NCBI GenBank assembly: GCA_040954595.2
Contig: CM082593.2
Span: forward strand, 1,436,901-1,500,900
Length of the DNA stretch: 64,000 nucleotides
Direction of reading: 5' to 3'
Origin: Balanoglossus misakiensis
Lineage: Eukaryota > Animalia > Hemichordata
The notes beneath the pieces were generated by a model. The model was not told the DNA's origin and searched no databases. It saw only the letters and a program-made list of their open reading frames with translations. This document shows positions 26,001 to 39,800 of the stretch, in pieces. Each line of letters opens with the position of its first letter. The stretch's first letter is position 1. The position numbers were made by a program, and so were the translations under genes.

Positions 26001-26768
26001 GTTTTGCGCGTTTGATACTAGTTTTCTGAACATGAGGCAAGCGACCTGTAACTGATGACTTCATCGCCAAACTGATTATCAAATTCGAATTTAAGCTACT
26101 AAGTTCTTTTTATCCACTCTGAACAAGAGGATATTTCGGACACACAAAAGAACGGTTGGAAATGACAGCCATTGGGATTTTTCTAGAGGGGAAGTTCAAA
26201 AACATGAGTCAATCAAGTACAGCTTTGCTGTTTCAGTTCAACACACTTAGATATTTCCCATCAGTTCAAAATGGTCAGTCAACAAACATGTAGATGACAA
26301 GAACTTAGAAAACGAACGCGTGTACACATGCAACCAACCAAATCAACTACTGGCACATGTAGAAATTAATACAGTAACTTACAAACATTTCCGAAAAGTG
26401 AAAGAAAGGGAAGGAAAGAATTGAGTAAATGCTCCCTACCTGCCGAAGCCAGACATTAATCGTTATTTTCTGGTTCCGTTCATCCTTTAAGAAAACATAA
26501 AAAATATTCCTGAGTAGAAAAATATTAGAATTGACGAAAAAAATACATAATCAAGAAACTCAACCAATTTTGTAAACTGTTAAAGTATATTGAATACTAA
26601 AGTACTCTATTTGAATTTAACAATGCCTTACCATATCTATAATCTGGGTCAACGCCAAACCAAAGGTGACATTTGTGATAGTTGACAGGTTATACACAGG
26701 CCGCAAGAAAAGATCGTAATTCTCAAGTAGACGCTGTGCCAAAGCTGACCTGATGTTGGTGGGTCCAC
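20013..26768 (-). CDS. Nicotinic acetylcholine receptor alpha subunit, alpha9/alpha10-like (Cys-loop cation channel); signal-peptide exon not located
   Basis: In-phase GT-AG exons 26632-26768, 26440-26484 (45 nt), 22617-22726 (110 nt), 21892-22433 and 20013-20629 give 483 aa excluding the signal peptide. Motifs: NY..LRPV, IWRPDIVLYN (loop A), Cys-loop CKVEVLHFPFDKQYC, FGSWAY (loop B), vicinal cysteines YYGCC (alpha subunit), GEK before M2, and EWKEVAHIVDR before M4. YGCC-EP-PD-TF and one large exon running from after loop A to the start of M3 resemble CHRNA9/10. Candidate polyA signal at 18519-18524. Confidence 0.93.
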
Positions 26769-27754
26769 CTGCAAGAAGAAGAGATTTTATCTAATTGACT
26801 AAATGTTGCAATTGAGTGGAATAGTCATGAACATTAAACATTTGAGCATTGTGTTCGAGGTTATGTATGCACACAAAGCAATGTTGTGTTTCTGAAAAAA
26901 AAGGTTAAAATCATCACTTTGTATTGGTTGGCAAAAACAAATACAGTGATAACACATGATAAACCTTCGGTATTTCTCAAGTATTAGTGAAGGTTACATT
27001 ACTTAGGCTTCTAATGGCTTAAAGTTTACAAGCCTCAATAACATAATTGATCTGACTGTCATTTAGTTAATGGAGATGACCTAACTTTAAAAGTAAATGG
27101 CTACTTTGAAATATACAGGTCGTAGTACTTATATGAAGGCAAGTAGATTGTTATAAAAATCTTATAAAACACAAGATATTTGAATAAGATGTTCGGAAAG
27201 AGACCTCTCTTTGTACAAAAGTTTCTGACTAGGTAATAAAGTTGCTAGTCAGTTACTCCCTTTTGCAGACTGAGAATAATTGCACTTCCCCGTCTACGGT
27301 AATTACAATAGATTTCGTATTTGGTATTTTACTTGACTAATGTCCTCCTTTGTGAAGTAAAAGATCTTTGGCAGGGTATCGTTGTATTGGATTTGATTAT
27401 GTCCGTCATTGGCGTCATGTTTCCTGCATATACATGTAATTCACCAAATGCAAGATTGTAGTAAGGGTTTTGGCCTATTTGTTATTCTGTATCTCAGATT
27501 GAAGTTACAGTTGTATGTTTCCGAGAATACAGTATGTAAGAGCTGCTTTATTCATCTTGCATCAATTCACCTTATTACATATTACCGGTACAATCTTAAA
27601 ACCGGCTTACATTAGGATCTGACTTTTCTGCGTCACATTTCAGGCACTATGACGCAGACAACCTTAAAATGGTTACCGTTGTCTTTAGCTTTAGGCTGTT
27701 ATTATGTTCACTTGGAAAACATTTTACTGATGTTGAAATCAAGGAAGTTTCTTT

Positions 27755-27867
27755 TTATCCATTGAATATCACGTAGCTTTATATGGATTTCAACTTGTCA
27801 AAATAGCCAAGGTTGTGTTTATCCATAGAATATTGCACAGCTTTGTATGGATTGCAACATGTCAAAA
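27755..27867. repeat. Diverged tandem duplication (period about 64 bp)
   Basis: TTATCCATTGAATATCACGTAGCTTTATATGGATTTCAACTTGTCAAAA versus TTATCCATAGAATATTGCACAGCTTTGTATGGATTGCAACATGTCAAAA. Confidence 0.75.
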
Positions 27868-30800
27868 ACAGCATCGCTGCGTAGGCTATAAACTTTGGAA
27901 GTTCATTGGTGGTATGGTGGGAATAATAATGTACATGAAAGTAGCCCTGGGAGCTCTTCGGAGATTAGACACATGATAGGAACTAGCTGTCCAAATAAGA
28001 TTGGCCGTGTTTAAATTCTCAATTTCTAATGAAGAATAAATATCACAGCCATATTAGTATGTCTCGATTGATCTATTATCAGTAAATATTAATTGCGTTC
28101 ACTAATTTAAAGATAAACGGCTTTGATATTTGAAATTTTTAGTGCAGTGTTTTCAAATGCTAGGTTCTCTGTGTCTTTTCTTGCCTGCAGCGATATTTAT
28201 GAAAACATGTATAGCTTTCAGGTGTTTTTGTCGAAATTCAATATACTGTGCGCTTATTAAAACGATTTATTCATAAATTAATACGTATATGTATGCATAA
28301 TTTACTGCTCCGTGTCTATTTAATACGTCAGATAAAGTAAGATCTTTCATCATCCAGAGGGTTACGTGTTGTAAGTCAGGATAGAGTTTCCGTCATGCAT
28401 AGGAGGATCCATAACAACTGGTCTCTAAAACTGTAGACGATTATAGTAAACAAAGTACTGAGGGAGTTAACAGTCAGAACCCTAGTCTAGTTTAGAGTAA
28501 ATGTAACACTAATTGCCTTCGATTTCAGAGGCGCCAAGATGCCGAGTATGCTGATATATTAATATCAACAGTGACACGGTGACACTTGTTAAAATTTGTC
28601 AAATCGAAAAGACAACTATTTTAGCACAGAGGCAATATTGGGAGTTCTTTCTCTGCTCTGAGCAGTTAATATGTCAGTAACTTTTGACATTATTTGGGTT
28701 ATTTGAGTTTCATGTGATAGGCTATTGATGTAAATCTACTCACTGAAATATGCTAAATGACCAGTTGTTACAACTCAACTTACATCTTGTACATGGGCAT
28801 TTAGCAACTCACACCATTGTTAAAATAAATAGTTGTATATCGCCGTTTAACCTTTTTTTTAAATCCTGTCCCAGTGGTACTTCTCAACCAAACCCATAAG
28901 GAAGAGCTAAGCAAACAGTCGTCTGTTAAACAAACACTCCATCGACCACTTAGATTAAACATGAATTATAGATTCAGGAACTTGCTCGTATGGCATATGT
29001 ATCAGTTAAGTCAGAGACTTTCCAGAATTTGTCCGTGAGTAATCGAGCTGTGATGAAAACCCACAAAAATCAATCAGTGTATATATTCAGCAAACACTTC
29101 ATTCCTAATATGAAACCTAATCGTGAAACTCAAACAGTCTTCTGACATAGATACACACATACATAACAAAGACACATACAGACACAAGTCACGAAGATGA
29201 TGGTATCAGCCAGCCTTCGAGTTCTAGCCATGTGAAACCTCCACAATTAAATTTGCTGTGGCATTTGGCAAATATGCCCGACAATTGCTCTCTGAGGGCC
29301 CGAAGATGATACCTATCGCATCAGACAGTCCAGGAATGGTTTGAATCAACTTCACTCTATGCAGACGACTGTCACGTGACTATCCTTCAGCATTTGAAAA
29401 CATGTTCAGTCAGGATTTCTGGCTATTTTGTCAGCTCGAAGCATGTAAACGTGAATAGCGTTTTCATCTGTTTGGGGAATGAATATAGACACACACAGTC
29501 ACAGTCACAATCGCAGAACTATATCAACATAATGTAAAAGAGGAGAGCTGCATGCATACTCCAGACTAGTGAAATTCTTGTCACACATCATAGACTTATA
29601 AAAGAAATATTACAATAGTGATTGGAATCCTGTCCACAAAAGAACAGTATTTTATTTCTGGAACTGAAGGCAGTAGAATGTTGGATATTCAGTGACTGAT
29701 AATGTAATATGTATGCATTTGCCATCAATACAATGACAATGATCTATGATGATTAAAGTTTACTCAGTGACAACTGGTTACAAAACATTCCAGTTTATAA
29801 ATTGACAAAATCGACCCCACGAGACAGGGTGCGCGACCCTTTTTTCTAATATTAACGACATCATTTTACTCAATGCCAGCTTTCATTTGTCGAGCTATCA
29901 GACGCTATGTGATAAGTCGCTGTCTGCAAATTACATTCGACATATTCAGTGCGGTCATTGCAAATTGTACTTGAATTGCTTTGGAAGTGCAAATTTGTCT
30001 TCTAGTTTATTCTTCATTTTGAGGCAATACTTTAAAGCATGAAATAATAGTTTCATCCGTTCAATCGAATGATTCAGGGTTTCAGGCATTAAAATTAATA
30101 AAATTTCAGTAGTCAGAAATATGCTAAGTATAATCCTCTTTTAATCACATAATGGAGAATAGGATTTTAAACAAATACATGTACATGTAATAGTCTAGTT
30201 TTCTTTTACAGAAATGATGTATGAAAATGAACTGACTAAACCATGTTGTCATTGAAAACTTTGACACATAAAGTTCATCAAGATATTCTGTCACCATGTC
30301 CCTTAAATATATTAAATCCCATCAGTAATTACCCGCAGAAGATGGTGCCTTGTGTATCTAATCAGACAGAGCAGAAAGAAATTAATCTCAACAAAGCAGC
30401 AGATACCCATTAAATGTTTACTGTATGTAACAACAATCTTCACTGCGGTTTCCACGGGCATCCTTGTTCTGCAAATACTGCTTGGTGATTCATACATGCA
30501 TGCTTGGATACTAGAGAACTAGGAGAGAGAAAAAACCACAGAGATTTTCATTGAGGATAAGACTGACAAAATATGACCACATTTACATCCCTCAATCTCG
30601 CCTCGTACTTGTACTTCTGGCTGTTGATGGAAAGTTGAGAATGGTTTTGATCTTGCGGCATAAACAACATTCTAATTTGCCATTCCCACTAGAGCATATG
30701 CATACAGTAACTTATCAGGTTGGCAATCACGTGACATGGTGAATCTGTATAAACCTTTTCTCGCTTAGTAAATATTGGCGATATCTCATGGGATTGGCAA

Positions 30801-33800
30801 CGCCATTTTAAAGCAAAATCGCTATCAATATTATCAACTCATGGTGATGTAGTTTCTGTCACCAATTTTCTTCCTTAGGCTACATTTATCATAATATATT
30901 CCATATAACATGTAATTTCCATGAAACAGCTACCGGAGAAAACATATTTACCATGAGATTTCAACTATTATTGATAGCGTGAATTGACATGTTTTAATGT
31001 CTGTTGTGGAAGCTTGGCCCTCAATCCTATAATGTCAATAGCTCATTGTGTTTTTGTCGGAAATTCATTGTACACCAATCACCACTCTATCCTCTAAGTG
31101 GAGAGTTTCCATTTTATGGATATCTGACTGTTACCCGCTCAATGAAAGCTGAAATTTACTTATTAAAAACAAAATCAATGTTGCTTGGATTAACGATGTG
31201 ACACTTAACCCCAAGGCCAGTATCGAGGTAGAATATACTAAACTTTCACTTCATTAAATCTAAAATCTATTTGACTGTTAAAAATACACTTGAAGACTGC
31301 GAGCCCATTCTCAATCTTGACTGTATACTGTGCAGAATGTAAAATCATAATTACTCAAAGCACCACTGATTTTTATGCTTGTACCAACTGGTTTTATACA
31401 ATAACATGGCCATGGATGTATCTCCTAAAATGTGGCAAACTGTGTTTATGTCAAATACATCGGGGACATTAATTTTTTGTGTTGATGATTGACACACGAA
31501 ACACACCTTGCAAGTACTAACATGAAATCGAGCATAAATACGTATTGTTCGCTACATATATTTCAGCCGCCATCTTCAGTTGTGTTTTAAATACACTACG
31601 ATAACAAGTTGGGATATTACACGGCCTTGCCATACATAAACTTGCTTACTGATGTTGAAGCAGAGATGAAATCGTGTCAGTAGTCTTGACATGACAGCAA
31701 TCTCTCTACCATGATTCAATTACCCTTGATTGGGGATAGAGTCTTGTAAAAGGAATCGCTTTATAATTAGGGAATATGTCACCTACTAGATGACGGAAAT
31801 TGTGTCAACCTCTGTTTGCATCTTCCCTGATTAAAGTAACGGATTATTTCTGTTTTTGGCGGCAGAAGTGGTAGACACATAATTTGTCTCCAGTGACATT
31901 GGCAACGATGCAAATATTTTTATGCCGTCATGGACATTATGATGTGTAACGAAGAATGGGCTATCTTTAAAATTGATAGATATATACATACATTGTAGTG
32001 TAAATATATAGACAGATAGATTTTTAGAAACGTGACAGGAATATGCGATGTGTATACAAGGGAACATTCATCGTGTATAAGAAAAGAATTTATGGTTCTC
32101 AAGTATCAAGACATATATCATAGGGCCTTATATTATTCTTGACTGGCACACCCTATGGTGATACATCACGAGATTTGATATTAACCTTGGTGGGACGTTT
32201 GCTTATATCCAATTGCCTTCCAACAGCAAAAGTAATTTGTTGTACTAATGTATTAATCAAAATAACAAAGGGTGTGTTGATGGGGTGAAAAGTTTCTGGG
32301 TAAACATGTTTGATACAGCAATAAGGGTTTTAGTTCGCAGGAATGGGTTTTTGAATAACTTGAATCAGCATAATCCATTTTATTGAGTTTTCCTAAATGG
32401 CTTGAAGACGCAAAGGTGACTGTGAAAACTACTTCATGACAAGATAATAGTGTCAGAGTTTTTTTTTTTCCTTAGAAGTCCTGCGTACGTTGACAGAAGT
32501 GTCGCTGAAATGTTTGACCTGAGAAGGCGATTTTAGATGACCTTGTTTATGTCACAGTAATTGTATTTTGGTGAGGAAATTGCGAAGCTACAGGCTTTTA
32601 ACGCAATTTTTTCCAAGTCAGGTTACCGATATTCAGTGTTTTGTCATTGTTGACTTGTAGTCACCTCTGAGAAACACGGAAAAAGAAATAGGTTGTATGG
32701 AAAAATTACAAAGAACATTCGAAGTTGTAATAACCTTGGAAAGATGCGTGTTCGCTTGTAACACCTAAAAAAGGCAATTCAGAAATGCGAATCCGCAAAT
32801 GGCCACTGTGAAATGTCGGAAAGAAGGTATCCCCATCATTTTCGAAAACAAAACCATGTATTTGTCATTAATCCAAAACAATGGTGGCATCCCGCAATTT
32901 CCAATCCATTTAAGACGATAACAGCATTAATTGCCCAGCAGTTTGTCACATCAAAGTATTCAGTTGGCACTGATATTTCCTGTGAAAATGGGAAATCGCT
33001 TTGGAAAGATGGAAACTAAAACAGAAGCGTCACTTTTTTCACTCGACTTCAATTCCTACTTTTAATGACCAGGAAATGATGTACATATTCAGCCAGTTCA
33101 ATTGATGTTCTGCCGGATACACACACACACATGTATCATGCATCAACCAGAAAATAGTAATTGCTCCCAATGCACGTATCCAGCAATTGCTGCCAAGTAT
33201 CGCTTACATTCAGATGTCCTTTGCATAAATACTCACATTTCAGAAATTGTTTCCTTTAATAAGCTGGTTGTCGTCGTTCTCAGGTTTTTCAATTTGTAGG
33301 CGAGCATATTACATGACTCGGAAGAAATATGACTGACGTAACGGGATATGTGAAGCGAGTGAGTCGTTTTACTGATGTTAGTAATACGTAGACAGCTACT
33401 GTTATGCATTATTTAGAGGCTATGGCTGAAAATAGTTGAATAGCTGTTGGTATCTTGAATGCACCAAAGTTAGGTATGTTTCTTCATAGGTTTAGTTGAA
33501 TCATGACAACTAGAAATTTTAAGGGACCAACTTGTGGCATATTATAACAACTTAGCCTTTATTTTCAGTCATTCTTGTAAACCTGATAAATACAATGTAA
33601 CATGATGCATACATTACTGGTTCATACTTAATAATTCCGTCACACATTTGTGTATGAACCATCTGTACTTCATGTATTATAGGCGTGAAAATCGCCAGAG
33701 CATGATAAACTACAAATAGTTTACGGCAAAGTCTTAGGGTTGTCGTCCATACATAACACTGAGACAACCGTATACGGTATATATCCAACCCTTTTACCCT

Positions 33801-36800
33801 GATTGATAACGTGTTACTACTTTAAGTCGTGACTTGAGATCGTGAGAGTGTCTAGTTTTGTAATGCGGGATGAAAACATGCATTGGTAGCTTAGATAGAC
33901 GTTTTTTATTACCACATCCTAGAAGGAAACATAATTCTATTTCTATGAAAGGAATACAAACTCAAACTATCGCATTTTAATTCAGTTTGCTATAAGTGAT
34001 AGGTTAGATGAAAATAATTGGTGGATTCACAAAGTCAACAAATGCTGGGTTTTCATTGTTCGAATCGATGAAACGGTTACTTTGGAACCTCGTGGTTTAA
34101 CGTTTGTCTGTATTCAGCATGTATGGACGTTGTCACAATACATGTATGGTACATTAAATATTTATAAACTGAGATAGTTTGAGAACGAGGCAAAAGATAC
34201 ACAGACTTTGCTCCTATCAAGGTTCATTTGAAGGATATGAATATTTTACTGTGATAAAATACACCTTTAAGCAGTAATTTCAAGATCCCAAACAGGACAT
34301 TCAATTGCACGGATGAAAACTCTTTCTGAGGCACATAGAGAACGCAATGGCATGTACTTATGGGACGGTCAATATGTTCCCTCGGATCTGGTATTGAACT
34401 AAAAACCAACAAACAATGTTAGTTTGACGATTCACTCCTCGAAAGTGCTCTCTAGTGACTAAAACCTGCTTTCAATGATTCGCTGTGCAAAGCATGTTGA
34501 AGTGTGATATTCTTGAATTAGTTCGTTTCCGGTTCAGTAATTGTCTTGTGCATCTGGAGACTATGTGCAAGTAAAGGTCAAAATAGGGGAGAATTGTCAG
34601 GTAAAAGTAAGATACATGTATCAATTATTTATCTAGCAATTTCGACCTATTTCTTGCATGTAATCTATAGGACTGCTACAAGACAAATTACGTGCACACG
34701 CATACAAACTTACTGCACATATCAACCACACAACCATTGTTTTTCAAATCCCTATACAGTTCAGCATTTCCAACAAAGTGTTGATCCGCAACGGTGTTTA
34801 GTTAGTAATTGGTTGTATAAATCGATTGGTCGACTCCTTTTTATACAGATTGGGTATTACAGGTAGCAAATTGTTGTATGCGTGGGTTGGACTTTTGACA
34901 TGAGTGAGCTGCTGATTTCGAGCAACATACGTATATAAAGCTTTTGCGGAAATCAAGAGTAGATTCAGATCGTGCTTTCGAATACTATTTTAAGACTTAC
35001 GATGCAAGTTTTTGCGTAATTCCAATTAATCTAACGTAGTCAAGCGACGCATAGTTCTAACATTCTCTCAGCATTCATTTAGAATTTACATGAAGTAATT
35101 TAATGTGATACCCTTAGATGACTCGTTAACAGAATTGGTCGCTTAGAATTAGAAATCGTGCACGTTGGTCTACATATGACGCTGATATCCTTAACATCCA
35201 ATACTGCTGTGTTTTGACTACTAGTAAGTTTAGAAAATCGATTTCTCATGGCAAAGGCAAAGTGTGCAGAGACCATTTGTACAAGTTTTCAAATAAACAG
35301 TCATAGCCAAAAGCCATGTAACATCATGTCACAGTGCGTGCATGGACAAGTAGATTTCATTAACATATTGTCCACTCCAGGTTTGATTGTTTTTGAACCA
35401 AAGCCCACTTTAACTTTACTGTAATTGTCTAGTGGAACATAATGAGACAAAATAGAATGATTATGGAAAGCATTCAGTGTGAGTTTGCACCTGTTAACAT
35501 ATTTGTAATCCGTGTAGGCGTCATCAAGAATGTCAATAATTGAAGAGTTGTTTGCCCAACATTGTATTGATGCCAGATAGAATATTGATATTTCTGTTCT
35601 GATAAAATCTGTGACATTTATTATTTTCTTTGTTACTACTAATCCATAAGGTGCAATATAGATGCACGGGTTCTTCAGAAAAGGCTGTGACATTTCCACC
35701 GTATATTGCTAAAGAAAATGATCAACACAATGCAAGAATGAAATTATATGCCAAAAGATAGGCCTAAAACAAAAGCAGTTTACATCGCAGATGTACACGC
35801 ATTAGCTCAAATCGCCAAGGAGCAATTCCGATGACGAACATTCAGTATAGGGCTTCCTGTGGAAGAGAAGGATGTTATTTTGCCATGATTGGTGGGGACC
35901 ACGTGTCACTTTTCTACCTATGGCGACAATTTATGTTAAAAAGGGAATGTATGTTTCCCAAAGTCCCAAACGGCAGACAAATTTTGTCAGCGATAATTGT
36001 GATAGGTGATGATATACAAATAGTGTCCATGTTTCATCGTATCGTGATTTTTTTGTGTGTGGCAAACTTTGCCAGTGCATCTGGGTGGTGGTGTTGCCGG
36101 TGGCTGTGAGCTTATCTTCCATCTGAGGACAATGCAGCAGTCTCGAGGAGCAGACATGCCTGATAACATTCCTCTTCTTATGACGGAATTCGACATCTCT
36201 CGGGGCAACATTCTGGAAGTATGGGAGATTATAGCATTTTTGAGTAACACGTGCTGTTACCTAATCCCATTAAGTGATAAAGGGCGGCATCTTTGTTTCC
36301 ATATGCATATAATATTATAAAATTTTCAAAAATTATATTATTTTAATTCATGATTAAATTCTTTTCTGACTACGGCTGCTAAGCGCACAATATGCTATGT
36401 AATGGATAAATCTTTTCTACTTTAGATTAGTGCAGATTATCATTATAACTTTCCTTTTTGCCAATGAATATCTGAATGTTGACTTAAAAATATTTCACAG
36501 AGGACGATTATTCTGGAACGTGTCCTAATGTATGATCATTCCCAAATCACATTACAATTGCAGAATGTGAGCGGAAAGGTTTCCAGGGTAACAAGCTCAT
36601 CGACTTGCCATGTTCACTTATATTCAATAAAGTGCATGCGCACTGTAAACCCACGGTGACATCATTACATGAAGCAAATTCTCTTAGAACTACAATTGTG
36701 GGAATTAGGGTAGTCTCTTATCCCTGGTGGCATAGCAAGTCAACAGACACAAACATGAAAAAAACTTAAATATTTCCAAAGATTGATGTTACTATATTGC

Positions 36801-39800
36801 AAATTAACTACTAAGTTGTCTTGGAAGTTGCCAAAATGTACAATTCTCTGTGTTATGTCCTTTGAGAAAATTCAAAGTAATGATTTTTATAAAAAACAAA
36901 ACAGTCATAACATTCTGCTTGCTTCACTGCTTCCAAAAAGACTGCCCATACGCTTTAATAGCACAGAATTCAGTTGAAAGGTTTGGAGGACTGCCCTTTT
37001 ACTGCAAATCTGGCCCCGAGACGAGTTCAATTGTGTTAAGCAATTGTCAAGTCCTTTTAACCATAAGTACACATATTGCGCGCAACAGTCTTGAAGAAGT
37101 TATTCCGACGCTCTTGTACATAATGTACAGATTTGCTCTTAAAAGCTGTGGAGTAGTAGCAAACATTCACACAAGTGTTTCTCTCAGTAAAGGAGTCCAG
37201 CGTCAGCTTTGAACATGTCCATTACATCAGTCTCACCTAAACATTAAGATGCCGTGTGAAATTAGCTTATACTAAACATAGTTCACATTCACAACCTTAT
37301 TGCCAAGTTTACGTGATATTTATCACTCACCTAGGTAGCAAGAACATATTTAATGAAGCGAACATTCATCAGTTTCGTTTAGAACATCCGTGACATTCGT
37401 CTGGCGCCTGAAGGGGAAATAGACGACAAGCAAATCGAGCTTTAAGGCATAATTTTCTTGATTAAGCGCAGTTTAGGTATCATTTGCTTCTAAAACATCC
37501 AGAAAGAAGACGCTATACTTGCTGTACCATGACGTGAACTGTACCGCCTTATTCTTGTCATACTGTCCTAAAAGGTACAGATTTGTATTAAAAATTCAAG
37601 AACGTTCAATCGTTTCAATCTTAAGCTCCTCCTTCAGACTCATTCTATCACATGATTTTTAGAAATTGGATCGCTTCGGATTTTGTCTTCCTCTGCATAA
37701 TTTATTGCGCTGCTGACGGGGAAAGCAGTTCGTCATATAAAAAACATTCGCGATTGCAAAGTCAGTTTGCTATGAACGATACCTATGCTCATTCATTGCA
37801 GTATAAAAGGAAATTTCACTTTCCTCGACGGGTACGCGTCTGGCCAGGCCAAGGTATAGTGCACAAAACTACACCATACTGAATATTTGACAACTTGTGA
37901 ATTTAGGACTATTTCACCACTGCAATAAAAAAACGCCTGAATGCTTGTACATTCTCCCTTACCCATGGCCATGCTTGATATTCGGACATATTATCCGTTG
38001 CTTTCCATAATACAGTATCTCCGGCTTTACCATGTGTAGTATCAACTTACACGTACCAGCATATTTATCATCTGGTGAAATATAGGTCTATTGACTGCCA
38101 ATTTTCAGCGACACTACTTTCAATAAGGCGTCTTTTTTATTGGACTGAATTTGAAAAGCCGTTATTTGTTTTCTTAATTGACCAAGGGGAAGCCAAATGT
38201 ATTGCACGCAACTGTAAAAGAATAATCATGTTCCGACGTATTTGTGGGTGATGATAACCTGAACTCTAACAGCAGTATTTATGTTTTGCAATAACGTCTA
38301 TCGAAGCCTTTGTCTCGTTTAATACGTCTTTTAGAATGGCATTCAAAGACACGCTTATACTTTAATAAACTGGTTTTACAATAAGCAGGACTACTGTCTA
38401 ACTACGTCGTGTTAAGCTTCATACCGCTTTGGATTAAACTTCGATGTTTTTTTGAAGAAGGAACCATGGACATGCAACTCAGTGCACTTGCAGATAGAAA
38501 TACTGGAAGATAAATTAACATTGGATCTTCCAACGCGATACTTTCAAATATACTGGGTGATTTTTATCTGTTTAAAGTAAACCATGTTTCAGTACGTGCT
38601 GTTTTCACAACTGCCAAAATAGACATAGTCTTGGGATTGGCTCGAATGGTCTCAGTCATATCTGTTAAGTGGATTGATGAAATTGAGTTTGCGTTCAAGC
38701 TTTGTGTTCGGTCTCAGAGGCCCGGCTGCAAGTAACTCTTCTAGGTTTTGTGAATATTTATCAAGGGTCAATAAGCCACGATGTGAATTGGGGTGTGGGT
38801 AACTGAACCATGTATTTATGTGGCATATAAAATAACATATTGCAGTCCAGAGTAATAGAGAAAACTTGTTAAATAATAATATTGTTTTGCTGTTGGTTTT
38901 GATTAATTATATTCCGTTGAGGAAATATGGATAACACAGAAACAATAAATTATGTAGAGAGGGAGGGAGGGAAGAGTTCGACCTATTACATTTTAAAGGA
39001 GTCGCTTTTACTAACAAACTTCCAACACCTGCTTTCTGCATGGGTAAACAGATTTAGCCTTCATTCTTTACACTTCGTTGACACGTGACTTGGCTGCGAG
39101 ACTTCGTATGCGCAATTGTTTCCGAGAGTCGCAATGTCTGGCACAGAGAACCGTTCAAGAGTGCTCAAATCTGCAACAGTAGTAATTTTAGATGTCTTTT
39201 GACGCAGATGAGCCGATGCCCGTGTTTGAAGGACCTAATTAGTGATTTTGCCGTTATCTCAGTTTTCGCCTGCTTCAGGGCAGTCTGTCCTGGAACCGGT
39301 TGCATCTAACGTTATTTAATAATACATAACCTTTATAACTATCTCCGCTGATCAACAGAGTTTTCAACTGAAAAATTAAGTTTTACACAAAATGCCAAAT
39401 ACCTACACAGTGCGCTGTCTGGTTTCTGCTGCAGTGAACATGTCTACCATATTCCTTAATAGTCATGAGAGACATGTCGGTCCAAGTAATATACAATCAC
39501 CAAACCACGTTCGGTTGATTTAACATTCTTCATCAAAAAGAATTTAGAATGTCGACCTCCTCATAACCCTTTTGCCTATGCTCTGTGCCATCGTAGAACA
39601 TCAACATCATATCTTATTTTGGAGCAGAAATGTTGAAAAGCAATAAACCCCCAAAAGGCAAAGTGGCCACTTAAATCTTTTAGGCATTTGATGGAAGAGT
39701 TAATTATAATTCACGTGACCTGTTAACATTTGAAAACGGCAACTGGGAATAACCTCTGAATTCTTCAATTCTTCTGCGTCAAAGCTAATATGTAGCTTGA

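Noticed and set aside
35301-35699. 132-aa AT-rich ORF
   Set aside because: No recognisable domain, signal peptide or convincing splice context.
37331-37408. Minus-strand exon-like segment with good splice sites, considered as nAChR coding exon 1
   Set aside because: The required phase-1 frame contains a stop; at most a 5'-UTR exon.
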